A DNA stretch of 64,000 bases. Source: Mobula hypostoma. Taxonomy: Eukaryota. The position numbers and the translations under genes are program-made. Shown here piece by piece: positions 12,437 through 25,859 of this stretch. Below the pieces are notes generated by a model. The model was not told the origin of the DNA. It saw nothing but the letters and a program-made list of their open reading frames with translations, and did no database searches. Where the stretch lies: positions 12,152,001-12,216,000 of the forward strand of contig NC_086109.1 in NCBI RefSeq assembly GCF_963921235.1. The letters are read 5' to 3'. Each line of letters begins with the position of its first letter. The first letter of the stretch is position 1.

Positions 12437-14492
12437 CTGTGTATGATAAATGTTCTTTCATTGTAAGAGACTGTGGATGATGAGGGAGAGGGTGAGGAAA
12501 GAGAGTGATCAGACTGTAAGAAGCTTGAGACATTTTCTTCCCTGCGCCACTCGGTTACCGGGACATCAACTCAAATGGCCAAATTAATCAGGTTATCCAG
12601 ACTGTTCTGCTTGTCACGATGTTCTGCTGTGGACCCTTGCGTTCAGTCCATGTTGGAAGGCAGTAATGAGAGATCTCTTATTCCATCTCATCTCTTCTGC
12701 AAGCGAGCTAAACATTTACTAAATTATTTCCAATAATACTGGATGCTGATGAGTAAAACAAATGTTCACCGTTCGAGGAATAGAACGGGAAGGAAATGGA
12801 TTCTGAGTGCAAGATTAGCCCTCAACCCACACAGAACCGAAGAACAAGACATTTCAATAACAGGAACAGGTGTCTATCAGAGACAACTTACTTTTCACTT
12901 ATATTTTCTATGCTGATTTTTGTGAGTACAAGGTAGCATGAAAATGATGTTTCATGGATGGAAAGGATGCCTTTGTACTTACATCTGCAAACTTTTGCAA
13001 ATTAATGTTCCCTGGGCAGCAACATTCTATGCCAAGGTTATTCAAAACACTGGTGCCAGAGACCAAGATGTGTCCTCAGCTCCCTTCTCTCCTCCCTGCG
13101 CACTCACAACTGCAGGTTGGGTTTTGTTTCTTTCTTCTCCCACCCGACCGCCCCCCAGCCCCGATACAGGGTCTCCAACTGGAACACCTTTTGCCTCTAT
13201 AGATGCTGCTGGACCCATACAATTCTTCCAGCATTGTGTCTGTGGTTCCACACCCCAATACTGTTGAACTTATTTATGGAGCATTTTCTGTCTCTACATA
13301 TCTGTACATACTTTACCATCTCTGCTACAGAAACAGTGCACTAGACCCAAATTAACACTGATCATTCGAATGAACAAGTAAACTGTAGATGCTGGAAATT
13401 TGAGACAAAAAACAGAACATACTGGAAATACTGCTCATGTCAGGCTGAATCTCTGGGAAGTGAAATAGGGTCAAAAGGTCTTGGGTCTGAAACTTTCACT
13501 GTTTCCTTTTCCACGGGTACAGCCTGACCTTCTGAGTATTTCCTGCATTTACCAGTCAGTGTAACGTCCCGCGCTGGTGGTCACTCACCGGGCAGTGAAC
13601 AGATGAAGAGAACCAGAATCCGCATCGTTCAACCTGTAGTGAGCTTGTTAGCACTAGTCTATCGCTTAGCTGGCAGCTCAAATATCTAAATAGCTGACAA
13701 TGACAAAAAGGACGTGAAAGTTGAATGAGGAAGAAGGCAGCAGAAGACTCAGTTGTGAAATCACAGTGAGCTGGACACTGCAGTCTGCTGCCTTGGAATC
13801 TGAGTCCCTCTCAGTTGAGCTGGCTGGTCAAATCGAAACAGATTTTCATTGTCTGATGGGAATGGTGAAGATTAGTTACTGTCAGCAAAACTATTAATAA
13901 CAGCCTGACTGGGAAGTCAGTGGTGGTTGTGATAAAAGTACTGCTATCACTCCAGTCAAATATGATGCACTCCTTATTCCCTTTATGGAAAAATGCCTGT
14001 GCATAACTTTGTTTAACATGGGGAAGCTGATGGAGAAAGTCCTTGACAGATCAGTGTCAGCGTCCTGTGGCATGGAGTGCAAGCTATCTGTGGACCTTCT
14101 CTGCTGCAGCCTTCCGTCACCTTCACTACCATTCTGATGTATCAGCATGTTCTACTGACCATGTCAATGACATTGCATTATCCTCAAACTGGACGTTACC
14201 CAACCTCAGTATTTTCTTCCCTGCCACTTCTAAATCTATCTCCATTATCCACTGTCGCGACATACAGTATCTTCAGTTATGTTTCAGCAATTATGTCTCC
14301 AAATGATGATCATAGGTCATCTTCCCTCCCTCAGTCCAGCATGAGATTAATCTCCCAGCTGAACTTCCCTGGCCTTGCTGCTTTTATTGCTCCACTTCAC
14401 TAATTTCACAGAGGAACCAGGAGGTAAATATTTCAAATACAAAGCTGTCTCCTCTCCTCCCACTGATTCTGTATCTCTGCCCCTTTGTTCAG

Positions 14493-14583
14493 TTACACGA
14501 TATGGAAAGTGGGACGCTGGCTGTTCTTTGCTTTGCAGGGGATCTGCACTATCGCTGTCACATGGTTCAGGAGAGACAGAAAG
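14493..14583 (+). CDS. Activating-type transmembrane exon of a CD300/pIgR-like (MDIR-like) receptor paralog
   Basis: Acceptor CCCCTTTGTTCAG and donor AAG|GTAAGC; phase 2 to 0; encodes YTIWKVGRWLFFALQGICTIAVTWFRRDRK. Same entry phase as the TM exon at 40292. Confidence 0.75.
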
Positions 14584-14599
14584 GTAAGCCTAGGTCAGT

Positions 14600-15270
14600 A
14601 ACAAACAAAAGAAAATCTGCAGGTACTGGAAATCCAAGCAGCACACACAAACTGCTGGATGAACTCAGCAGGCCAGGCAGCATCTATGGAAGTGAGTACA
14701 TTTAAAACTTCAGGCCGAGACCCTCAGCAGGAGAGGAGAAAAATACACGAGGAGTAGAGTTAAAGGGTGGGGGGAGGGGAGGGAGAAACACAAGGAAACA
14801 CACACACAATGCCGGAGGAACTCAGCAGAGCAGGCCACATCGATGGAAAAAAGTACAGTGATGTTTCGGGCCGAGACCCTTCAAAGTCCTAGCCTGCTGA
14901 TCTCCTCCAGCATTTTATGTGTGTTGCTGGGATTTCCAGCATCTGCAGATACTCTCTTGTTTGAGAAACACAAGGTGATAGGAGAAACTGGGAAAGGAGA
15001 GGTGAAGGAAAGAGCTGGGAGGTTGATTAGTGAAAGATTCAGGTCTGGAGAATGGGGAATCTCCAGCACTGTATCTCTTTCACCAATCAACTTCCCACCC
15101 TTTTTCACATATCACCTGGTGTTTCTCCCTCCCTTCCCCAAACTTTTAATTTTACTCCTCATCTGTTCTTCTCCAGTCTTGGTGAAGGGTCTCAGCCCGA
15201 ACCTTCGACTGTACTCTTTCCCATAGATGCTGCCTAGCCTGCTGAGTTCTTCCAGCATTTTGTGTGTGTA
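14600..15270. mobile_element. Penelope-like terminal repeats in mixed orientation
   Basis: Several copies of CAGCAGGCCAGGCAGCATCT / GGCCGAGACCC on both strands, with purine- or pyrimidine-rich spacer. Confidence 0.75.
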
Positions 15271-15344
15271 GCCTCGGTCAGTAGATGCTTCCGAATGGCT
15301 TCTATGAATCAGAACATCAAACATCCAACTGTACAGCACCGTAC

Positions 15345-15965
15345 CTGTCCTTTGGCCCATGATATTGTGCTGACCTCTTAACCCACTCTAAGATCAATCT
15401 TAAATGCCGAGAATATATCTGCTTTCACCACCCCCCCCGCCAATAGTAGGTAGCATGCACCCACAGCTCTCTGTGTAAAAAACTTACCTCTGACATTCCC
15501 TCCATCCATTTCTGCAACCACCTTAAATTATGACCCTTCATATTAGACATTTCTGCCCCTCAAAAATGTCTCAGGTATAGGGAAACATAGAAAAACTACA
15601 ACACAATACAGGCCCTTCGGCCCACAATGCTGTGCCGAACATGTACTTACTTTAGAAATTACATAGGGATACCCATTGCCCTCTATTTTTCTAAGCTCCA
15701 TGAACTAATCCAAAAGTCTCTTAAAAGACCCTATCATATCCGCCTCCACCACTGTTGCCGGCAGCCCATTCCATGCACTCACCACTTCCTGCGTAAAAAA
15801 CGTAACCCTGACGTCTTCTCTGTACCTACATCCAAGCACCTTAAAACTGTGCCCTCTCATGTTAGCCATTTCAGCCCTGGGAAAAAGCCTCTGACTATCC
15901 ACACGATCAATGTCTCTTATCTTGTGCACTTCTATCAAGGTAAAGTACTTGCCATCCTCCTTCAC
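15345..15965 (-). mobile_element. CR1 LINE 3' ends (two)
   Basis: RGHSFKV...FFTQEVVSAWNGLP...GSFKRLLD C-terminal CR1 signature (15705..15965). Confidence 0.85.
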
Positions 15966-16332
15966 TCCAAATTCATTCCAATATGCTGGCTACTTAAAGG
16001 AAAAAAAAATCACAAATGAACTTTTAACCTTTTGTCCAACCATAGTTGCATGAAGATGATAGACTGCAAGTAGGTTTTCACACTTCCTCCATGTGTAGAA
16101 TGAATTCAAGTGCTCGAAAGAAAATATATTGGAAACTGTGTGCCAGACAGAACTCTGCTGCGAGATGCCTGCATGAAATGTAAATCAAAGTCAACATCCA
16201 CTTTATTGCCCAATGCACAAGTACGTGTATACATCAGTGCATAGAGTTCAACATCACAGGTGTATAGACTCATACAGTATTGCATGGTTCCCTGTGTCAA
16301 TCAATCTGATAATTTCACTTTTGCCTTTACAG

Positions 16333-16386
16333 AGACGTGATCAATCAGATCCTCACAGTTTGGTCCATGAGATAAAAAGAGAATGA
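16333..16386 (+). CDS. Candidate short cytoplasmic terminal exon for the activating-type paralog
   Basis: Strong acceptor TTCACTTTTGCCTTTACAG; phase 0 gives RRDQSDPHSLVHEIKRE*, with no tyrosine motif. Confidence 0.4.
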   Translation, partial: RRDQSDPHSLVHEIKRE

Positions 16387-17379
16387 ACCCAGATTACACC
16401 GACCTTGGGGGAGATTTGCACCAAGATTAGGTGTCATTGTTCATCATCCTTTGTAGAACTTTCATACAGAATTAATATCTTGTCATTAAAACATTGACTT
16501 AATGAAATTGATATCAAACAAAATAATCTTGTCAAACTTCAAGATACTGGCTTTGTTTAATAGAAATCCACTTGCAACCCTTCACCCACACTGATCTTAA
16601 TATTATGACATCTTCTCTCGTTACCTTGCATAAACCCAGCATCAATTTTTAACCTTTTTATAATCATGAACTGCTCAAAATTCTTTTACCATGTTGTCAT
16701 CTCTTTTCGGGCTCCCGTTCAGGTACTGGAATTGATTCTAACCAACGTCTCTGAAGAAGATGACAGATTTTGTCATCAAAGCGTTGGTTATAATCAATAC
16801 GTGTGCCCGCTTGAAGCCCGATTAAAGTTTATTTGTCATATACACCAGGAAAACAGTAGATCCTTTTTCATGTTAAAATCTGTTCAGTTAGATTCAAATT
16901 ATTATCTTCACAGTTGGTTATTTCAATAAACAATTATAAACATATTAATGAAAGTTCTTCTTCATAAAGTTCAGTTTTCAATGAAAAATTCATCCATTCA
17001 TTCTGTTTAGAATATTACTTTATTCATCGGTTCATGGCCTTCGATTCTCCTTAAGGTGTCAATAGCTGGAAATTTTTTGGAGAAGGAATCAAATAATCTC
17101 CAGATCAAGACATCCCAATGGAATGATTTTATTGAAAAATGTTGGCCCAAATTATTAGCTTTGTTATTCTCCTTGTACTGGCTGACCTGTTGAGTATTTC
17201 TATCAATTACGGAATTCATTTCAGATAGATACATATTTTTCCTTTTGTATTCAGGAATATTATTACTTAGAGAAATACCTCAATGTTATTCACTTTGAGC
17301 ACATTTGCTGTCACTGTACAAAGGACACTGACCAATGGAAAGTAATATCAGGTACTGAATAATATCAAATGGACAACAA

Positions 17380-20215
17380 TTCACCAAATGTGCTGAGCGC
17401 AATCTTATCATCACCAACACACAATACTCCAAATTAGGCCTTACCAATTTCTTATACAACTTCAACATAACATCCCATCTCCTGTACTCAATATTTTGAT
17501 TTTTCTTTAACTTATAATGGCCAATGTGCCGAAAGCTTTATTATGACCCTATCAAACTGTGTTGGCATTTTCAATTAATTATAGACCTTTACTCTCAGAT
17601 CATTTTGTTCTACCACACTCCTCAGTGTCCTACCATTCACTGTGTAAGACCTACTCTGGTTGGTCCTACTGAAGCGCAACACCTCTCACTTGTCTGCATT
17701 AAATTCCATCTTCCATTTTTCAACCTATTTATCCAGCTGGTTCACAACCTGCTACAAGCCATGATAGTCTTCCTAGGTATCCACTACCCCCCCAATCTTG
17801 GTGTCATCCGCAAATTTGCTGATCCAGTGAAGCACACTGTCATCCAGATTTTTGACATAAATGACGAACATCAACCACCCAGCACTGATACTATGCCGTT
17901 CCAATAGTCACGGACCTTCAGTCAGAGATGCAACCATCTACTGCCACTCCCTGGCTTCTCCCCCAAAGCCAAGGACTGACACAATTTACTACCTCATCTT
18001 GAATGCTGATGGAATGAACCTTCTTGATGAACTTCCCATGTGGGACCTTGTCAAATGCTTTGCTAAAGTCCATGTAGCAACATCAACTGCCTTGCCTTCA
18101 TCCATTTTCCTGGTAACTTCCTAGCAAAATTCGATAAGATTGGTTAGACATGACCTACCATGCACAAGGCCATGCTAACTAAATCTAATCAGTCCATATC
18201 TATCCAAATACTCATGCTTCCAGCTCTTTAGCATATATTCTAATTACTTTCCCACTATTGATGTCAGGATCATTGACCTATAATTTCTTGGATTATTTTT
18301 AGAGCATTTTTTAAATATCCTAACAACATTGGCTATCCTCAATTCCTCTGGGACCTCACCTATTGCTAAGGACAACTTAATTATCTCTGCAAGGGACCCA
18401 GCAATTTCTGCACTTGCCTCTGGCAGGGTCCATGGGAACACTTTCTCGGACCCTGGGGATCTGTCCACCCTAATTTACTTCAAGACAGCAACCACCTCCT
18501 CCTTTGTAATGTGTACAGAGTCAATGACATTGATGCCAATTTGTGTGACTGCTATAAGCTCTGTCTCCTGAGTAAATGCTGAGGGAAAAAATGCATCTGA
18601 GATCCCCCCCCCCATTTCATCTGGCCCATGCATGGGTTACCATTCTGATCATCCAGAGAACTGATTTTGTCCCTTGCAATTGTTTTGTTCTTATCATATT
18701 GTTACGTAGCCAGCAACAATGAATATCAAATCAAGACAGGTTATATAAAAACAACCAAACATTTATTAAACACGGATAAACAATAGACAAAAACAAACAA
18801 AAACCTTAACCGTAATTTAACCGCACTTGCCACTGGTTCTTAAAGTGTCAAATGTGAAAACAGTTCTTAAAGCGGTAAAGTCAGGTATAGTTCTTAAAAT
18901 GGTAAATTTGAAAGTCCAACAGATTTATACGTTCAATTGGAAGAGACTTCTCTGGAGAAGGATTTCTTCATAGACGCGACTTTCCTGTTGGTTCTGTCCA
19001 AAGGATTCACAATGCAGGAAATAAACAATTTAAAACAACTGACCTTAAATTCTAGAGAGCACCTTGCATGAACTCTTTACTCTTTTGGCAAGAGTTATCT
19101 TCGATGCAGGTCGCTACTCCTTCAACAAAGACTCAATAAGGTCGATCCTTTGTTAAACTGCCGAACGATGCCGACTTCTCTCAATCCTTCGGGACCTGTA
19201 CTTCGATGAAGTCTTCACTCTCCCGTACTACTGCTGGAATAAGGTACATCAACACATCTAGCAAAAATTTCCAGTCCAGCACTGTTGTACTTTGCAACAG
19301 AACGCAACACTCCATTTTAAAAATGAAACTGCATCATAAAAACAAATACGGAACAGAAACAGAGACACATTAACATTCCAGCTGGAAAACTAAAAACTAA
19401 AAAAGTAACTGCGTCATCTGAGGTCTTCCCTTATATACCCGTGGTGCACATGTCATCACGTGACCTCACATCGGCAGGAAAATTACATCAGGTGACCTCC
19501 TAAAGACCATTACATCATTCTCACAAAAAAAAATAAATCACAAGCTCTCGAGGTATGTAACAATATCTGCAGAATACCTTAGGCTTCTCCTTCATCTTGT
19601 CAGTTGTGCCTTTATTTAGCCCTTCTGATTTCTTTCTTAAGTATTCACTTTCATTTCTTATCTTTCCTACCTGCCTCTACCTGCTAAGCACAGCCTTTTT
19701 TTCCTTAACCATGGCTTCAATATCTCTGGAAAACCAAGGTTCTGTAGGCCTGTTATCTATACCTTTTAATCTGACAGTCACATACAATCTTTGTATTCTC
19801 AGAATTTCACTTTTGAAGGCCCCCCACTTACCAAGTCACCTTTCCCAGACAACACTCTGCCCCAATCCACACTTGCCAGATCCTTTCTGATACCAACAAA
19901 AATGGCCTTTCTCTGATTCAGAACCTCAACCAGCATACCAGACCTATTTCTTTGTATATTGACTTTGAAACCAATGGCATTGTTATCACCAGATGCAAAG
20001 TATTCCCCTACATCTATTGTTACCCACTGCCCTGCATCATTCCCTAACAGCAGATCAAATACCACATCATCTCTCATTTGGACTTTGTTAGGACTGCTGT
20101 GACATTTCCCTTGACATGTAATGCCACACCTCCTCCTTTAATCCCTCTTGATCTGAAGGGTCTAAAACAATGGAACTCCAGAATATTGAGTTGACAGTCC
20201 TACCCCAGTCTCACT
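17380..20215 (-). mobile_element. Decayed CR1 LINE ORF2, interrupted by a solo LTR
   Basis: MLKLYKKLVRPNLEYC, SPGSEKVFP..L.EAS.EIAG.L and DLLLGN motifs; sequence is continuous across 18700..19562. Confidence 0.85.
18700..19562 (-). mobile_element. Solo LTR (863 bp) with 4-bp TSD
   Basis: TGTTACGTA...TATGTAACA termini; ATAT duplicated (18696-18699 / 19563-19566); minus-strand TATATAA (~19435) and AATAAA (~18767). Confidence 0.8.
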
Positions 20216-20359
20216 AATGGCTGCAAAAACATTATTCCAGTTGTTGACCAATGTTCTGAGCTCAACTGGTTTTCCTACCATGGTCATCATCAGACTCATG
20301 AAAAATTCTGATGTCCTTCAGACTCATGAAAAAGATTAGGTTTCATAAGAAGTAGATTA

Positions 20360-21050
20360 GGCCAAGACTAAATCTAGCATCCTCAATATCTGCAAAAATA
20401 TCCTTGGGAAAAGTCCAGAAAACATCGGGATTCGGTTGTTGATAACAACATGGAGATAGAGCAACTTATCTCCAAGAAAAGGAAAGCCTTTTGTACCAAG
20501 CAGAATGACATTGGCAGCAAGACAAAAGGAGAAGCTTACTCCAAAGCAAATGTCCAGCACAAGGTGAGGGAGCAAAAGAATTCTTGATGGACTGAGGAAG
20601 CCCTGGAAATACTGAGGCTGTCAGACTCTAGTGAAACGAGAGGCATCTTTATTGCCAACAAAGCAGTCTATAGACTAAGTTACTGCAGATTAAACCCCTG
20701 CGCTCGAAGGATGGATAGAAATTGCTAAAATAATGGAAGGATATCAATGACCAATGGAGAGAGAACTTCTGAACCGCGACAGTACTGCTGAACCAGAAAT
20801 TACTAAGCAAATCCTCCAGAGATCTGAGAAAGCAGACATGGGGGAACCTCCCAGTATGAAAGAGGTGCATGATGCCATCAGAAGCCTGGAAAACAATTAC
20901 GCCATTCGTCTTGATGGGAACCCAGTCTAGATCTTCAAAAAAGGGGAACAGCACTCCTGGACTACATGCCTTGCTCCTGAAGGTCTGCTGAAAGGAACAA
21001 ATGCCCGAGAGCTCAGGGATATTCTAATAGTAACCATATGCAAATTCAAT
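20360..21050 (+). mobile_element. RTE-clade LINE fragment
   Basis: Degenerate RKHRDWFDDNN.EI..L...K.KAF, Q..RW.E....LLN and P.MKEV.DAI motifs. Confidence 0.6.
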
Positions 21051-21904
21051 GTAAAAATATGCATTTATTATCGAGACATATATACGCTATACAACCTTGA
21101 GATTCGTCACCTTACCAGCAGCCACAAAACAAAGAAACCACCAAAAACAAGACCATCAAACACCCAATGCACAGAACATATCTCACAAACAAAAAAAAGC
21201 AAGCAAATAGCATTCAGACCAGAGGCTTATGAACGACACAAAGCCAGACATCAATGCAGCCGGAGCAGGTAACTGCCACAGTTCATCCCAAAGCCGAGTA
21301 AATGGTGCAAGACCCTAATCACAAAGCCAAGCATCACTGCAGACTTGCCCTCGCCTTGCTTCCAGCCCCGACACTCTGACCTCTTCTTCTGACCCAGCCC
21401 TTAAATGGTCCAAACTTTGGGTTGTTTTTCACTCTCGGACCACTCTCAGGTATGAACCCTATCTCCATTACTTGATCTGTATTTGATCTATTGTATTTCT
21501 TTGATCTACTGCAAGAAAATGAATCTCAAGGTAGGATATGGTGACATATACAAACTTCGATAACAAATTTAGCGAATGTACTTTCAAATTTGATAAGGTG
21601 CATGATTGCTGAGTTTTTATGACACATTTTGTAGAAATGGAGGGAGAAAGAGACACATCATGAATATTTCCAGTCACTATACAAAGATCTTAAAGGAGAA
21701 CAAACAATGGGAGTAAACTTGGGTGCTGAATAAAATGAATGAGCTGCAAATATTGCAGTTTGCATTGTTCATCAGGGTGTGAATCTGCAAATGGAAGGTA
21801 TGACTTTTCTCAGAACTGATCTGTGACTGTAACCCATGAATGTACAATAAAGGGTCTTGAAAATGAGAGAAAGTGACCTGTATTATCATCATTATAATGC
21901 ATAA

Positions 21905-22830
21905 AATATAGGTAAAGAATTAGGCCATCTAGCCCATCGAGTCTCCTCCACCATTCAATCATAGCTGATCCTTATTTTTTCTCTTCCTCAACACAGTTTT
22001 CCCTGTAACATTTGATGGCATGTCCAATCAAGAACCTATCAATCTCTTGGTAAGCAGCCTCATGTGTGGCACCTTGTTAAAGGCCTTCTGAAAATCCACT
22101 GCATCCCCTTTATCTATCCTACATGTAATCTCCTCAAAGAATTCCAACAGGTTCGCCAGTCAAGATTTTCCCTGAAGGAAACCATGCTGACTTTGTCCTA
22201 TCTTGTCATGTGTCACCAAGACTCAATCACCTCATCCTTAACAATTCACTCTAACATCTTCCCAAACACTGAGGTCTGGCTAACTGGTCTGTAATTTCCT
22301 TTCTGTTGACTTTCTCCTTTCTTAAAGAGTGGAGTGACATTTGTCATTTTCGAGTCCTCTGGCACTATGCCAGAGTCCAATGATTTTTGAAAGATCATTT
22401 CTAATGCCACTACAATCTCTAACACTACCTCCTTCAGAACCATAGAGTACAGTTCATCTGGTCCGGGAGACTTATGTACCTTTTGGTTTTTCAGCTTTTT
22501 GAGTACATTCTCTCTTGTGATTGTAACTGCACCAACTTCTCTTCCTTCACACACTACAAAATCAGGCATTCTGCCAGTGTTTTCCACAGTGGAGACTGAT
22601 GCTAAATACTTATTTAGTTCATTAGCCATCTCTTTGTCCCCCGTTATTATTTCTCCTGCCTCATTTTCTAGCGGTCCGATATCTAGCTTGCTCTCATATG
22701 TCATCTTTTCCCATCTAATGATTTTTTAGTTGTTCTCTGTAGGTTTTTAAAAGCTTTCCAATCCTCTATCTTCCCATTAATTTTGGTTTGTTGTACGTCC
22801 TTTCTAATCAGGATCATAAACGGTGACAAG
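21905..22830 (-). mobile_element. CR1 LINE fragment
   Basis: IGPLENEAGEIITGDKEMANELNKY...KSPGPDEL...KGNYRPVS (22246..22704) plus a 3' end. Confidence 0.85.
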
Positions 22831-23059
22831 CACATATTTGGTAATAAATTTAATTTGAATTTTGAACTTTGAAATGCCTCACTGACAAAGAGCAATATCA
22901 CATAATATCGTTTACCTACTCTGTGAGGACGTGAAGCAGTAACACCAGAGTCTGTTTGGAGCTCATTCCATCTTCAGCTCGGGGTTATCTGATGGATGTT
23001 CATGAGCTGGAGATAATTCCAGATGCAGTGGTCCCACTTGTGAATCTGGACCTGTTAAA

Positions 23060-23590
23060 CCTGGGTCCATTCAGCCCATTGAGTCTGTTCCTCATTCTAT
23101 AATGGCTGATTTATTATCCCCCTCAACCCTTTTCTCCCCATAACCTTTAACACCTTTACAAATCAAAAACATATCAACCTCCACTTTCAATATATCTAAT
23201 GATTTGTCCTCCACAGCAGTCTGTGATAATGAATTCCAAAGGATCAGCACCTTCTCGTCTGGGACTCACCCACCATAGGAAACATCCTCTCCACACACAC
23301 TCCGTCTAGCTTCTTGGCCCTACACCATACAAGAGATTTGAATGAGAACTCCCCTGCCCCCCCCCACCACACCCACCATTCTTCTAAACTCCAGTGAGTA
23401 CAGGTCCATGGCCATCAAACACTCTTCATACATTAACCCTTTCACTGCTGGGATCATTCTGGGGAACCTCCTCTGGACACCTTTCCAATTACAGCACACC
23501 CTTTTGAAGATAATGGGCCCAATACTGTTCACCATATTCTCAAGTGCAGTCAGACCAATAACTTATAAAGCTGTAGTTCTTGGATAACTT
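23060..23590 (-). mobile_element. CR1 3' fragment
   Basis: GVQRRFPRMIP..KGLMYEE.L..MDLYSLEFRR motif. Confidence 0.75.
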
Positions 23591-24665
23591 TTCAACATCA
23601 GAGTTGTAAATGTTTTACAATCCCACCACTGTATTTAAAAGTGTGCATAAGACTGTGATTAGGTTTAAACACAATTGTAAAATAGCCAAATTGTTATTAT
23701 TGGTCAGTGATCTAGTTGCTCAAACAAAATGCTTTGCTGAAGATGTTTTGTATCCCTGCTTTGTTCTCATCAGCATATTGAACCATGGCTGTTGAGACGT
23801 TTTCCAAGAAGTGATGGGGCAATATCAGAAGAGACCAGAACAAGCTGTCAGTGTGTAGCAAACATTGACACTTCTCTATATTCTATCGGGTAAGACAAAC
23901 AAAGAAGAGAGAAGTTCTGACCACATCCTTCACTGAGGGTGAACATTACACAGATGTCAACAGTGACTGATGTAATGGAGTCAGCACGTATACTGTACAA
24001 CGTACAGACTGTCAGCACACATACTGTACAATGTACATTCTTGGATCACCTTAACCCTCGACTATGATAAAACCAAAAGCAACAACACAAAATGCTGGAG
24101 GAATTCAGAAGGCCTGGCAGAATCTATGGAAGTGAATAGATGTACTGCATGGTTACTTTGCATGAAAAGCCCTTCTGCATGATAGCTATTTCCTACTTTG
24201 CTCCTTTCTCAGCAGCAAGTTCCCCAGAACATGTTTGCTTGAATTATCTCCAAGGCAGATCCAGAATGAGGTCCAAATCATGGAGTGTAAGTCCATCACT
24301 CCCCTGACTGATTTATGTTCTCCCTCAACCCCATTCTCCTGTCTTCAGGAGTCAGGCGGGATCTGCAGAGACAGAGTGGTCAACATTTCAGATTAATCAG
24401 GACACCTCCAGCTGTTTATTTTTACTTCAGATTTGCACGTTTATTGTTGCTTGTGTCCAATATTTTAACACTTTTCACCATTTCATTTAGTCTTTGGGAA
24501 TTGTTTAAATGTTTCTGTCTTGCTAAATATAACTAAAAGCCTTTCAGATGGTCACGTACCACACACCACTTGGGTCACTTGTTTTTTGCTGCCTTCTTCC
24601 TCATTTTAATTTTAGTCATTGATTTCTGAGAACAGACAGGTCCTGGCTGGGTCTCTGTCAATAAA

Positions 24666-24705
24666 ATGTTATGGACATTGATTGTTCTGATTGGTGTCCT
24701 GACCT
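24666..24705 (+). pseudogene. Orphan signal-peptide (leader) exon of a receptor paralog
   Basis: ATG TTA TGG...ACC T|GTGAGT encodes MLWTLIVLIGVLT, phase 1; flanks align with the leader at 29709. Confidence 0.7.
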
Positions 24706-25859
24706 GTGAGTGACAAACAACACTGGACTTCTGTGTAAGCAGTGTTGGTTTGGGGTCATGCATAGTTTACAGAGCAGTGCTTGAGTAAGTGTAGGCAGTG
24801 AAGATGTCGGAATCTGGATTTTAGAGCAAACTTCCGGAGGAAGTCAATGTGCCAAGAAATGTCTGTCAGTGGGGAGGGACTTGACTAAGCTTTGGGTCAA
24901 GAATGTGCATGAAGTCAGAGTGGAGAGTGAGAGAGTGTAAATAGGAGAAAGAGAGGTCTGAGACTGAATTCTCTTGGTGGTTGGAATCTGAGGATGGGTG
25001 AAGCATGGCAAGTAAATGGAATGGGGAGGAAAAGTGTTGGAGCTTGGAGCTTGGTGACTGGTGGAAGAAGACAACACGAAAAGGGTAATAGACTGAAGTC
25101 AGCTGGGGCGGGGGGTGCAGAGAATATGTCCAGCTGGAGAAATCTCCTGGAGGCTGTTAAGCAGAAACATCAGGTCTCCCATTGCTGGAATCTGATCTCA
25201 CACTGCAGGCATCACTGTGATATTCGATGTTATTGTCTTGAAATCAGTGTCTTTCCTGGGCTATTTCAGTGGGCAATTAGGAAACAATATTATAAGATCT
25301 GGAGTCGAAGGTAAACCTTGGTGGGTAGGGATGAGAGATTTCTGTCTCATCCATGTTTCCTCTGTGAAAGGTCCATGCATTCGATGCCCCGGGGAGTGAT
25401 GACCTGCTTGTCTCAGGGTTAAGTTTGTTGAATGCAGAAATGCCCATCTCGTTGATATGCCTGAAGAACATCAAACTCCTTCTCCTCTTACTCAGCCTGA
25501 GTGTGGATTACCAGAAATTTTTCCAAATTCAGTGCCAAATGCATTGGCAAGTCAGTGAAACCAGTCACAATTTCATTTCCTCCTGAAAGCCACCAAACAG
25601 GTGATGGATATCTCACAGGTTTCGGCCTTTAAAAACTCAGTGGCCACTTCATTAGGTTTCAGGTCAGTAACCCTGCTCAGATCTGGGTTAAAAGTGGAAG
25701 CGTGTCAGTTTACAAAGCAGATCTGGTGGGAGGGGTGATGTGCAGGATGATAGACCATGCAGTTCACTCCCGGGTTATGAATTCCTGACCGACGGACACT
25801 TCTACCTATGAACGAGCTTCTGTAATGTTTCTTAAAAACTCCAGTGTATAGATTTAGGC

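Noticed and set aside
13331-13377. AG/GT-flanked 47-nt candidate stalk exon upstream of the activating TM exon
   Set aside because: The stalk-like phase 1 frame has a TAG and exits in phase 0, incompatible with the phase 2 TM exon. The only compatible frame (0 to 2) does not look like a stalk. Not supportable.
16666-16929. 87-aa ORF with an internal acceptor as an alternative tail exon
   Set aside because: No recognisable motif, and its 3' half runs into repeat-like sequence; the 16333 candidate has the better acceptor.
25277-25474. Similar minus-strand ORFs at 25277..25474 and 31435..31626 (FFRHI.EMGIS.FNKL)
   Set aside because: The similarity is explained by the tandem duplication of intron sequence; no domain is recognised.
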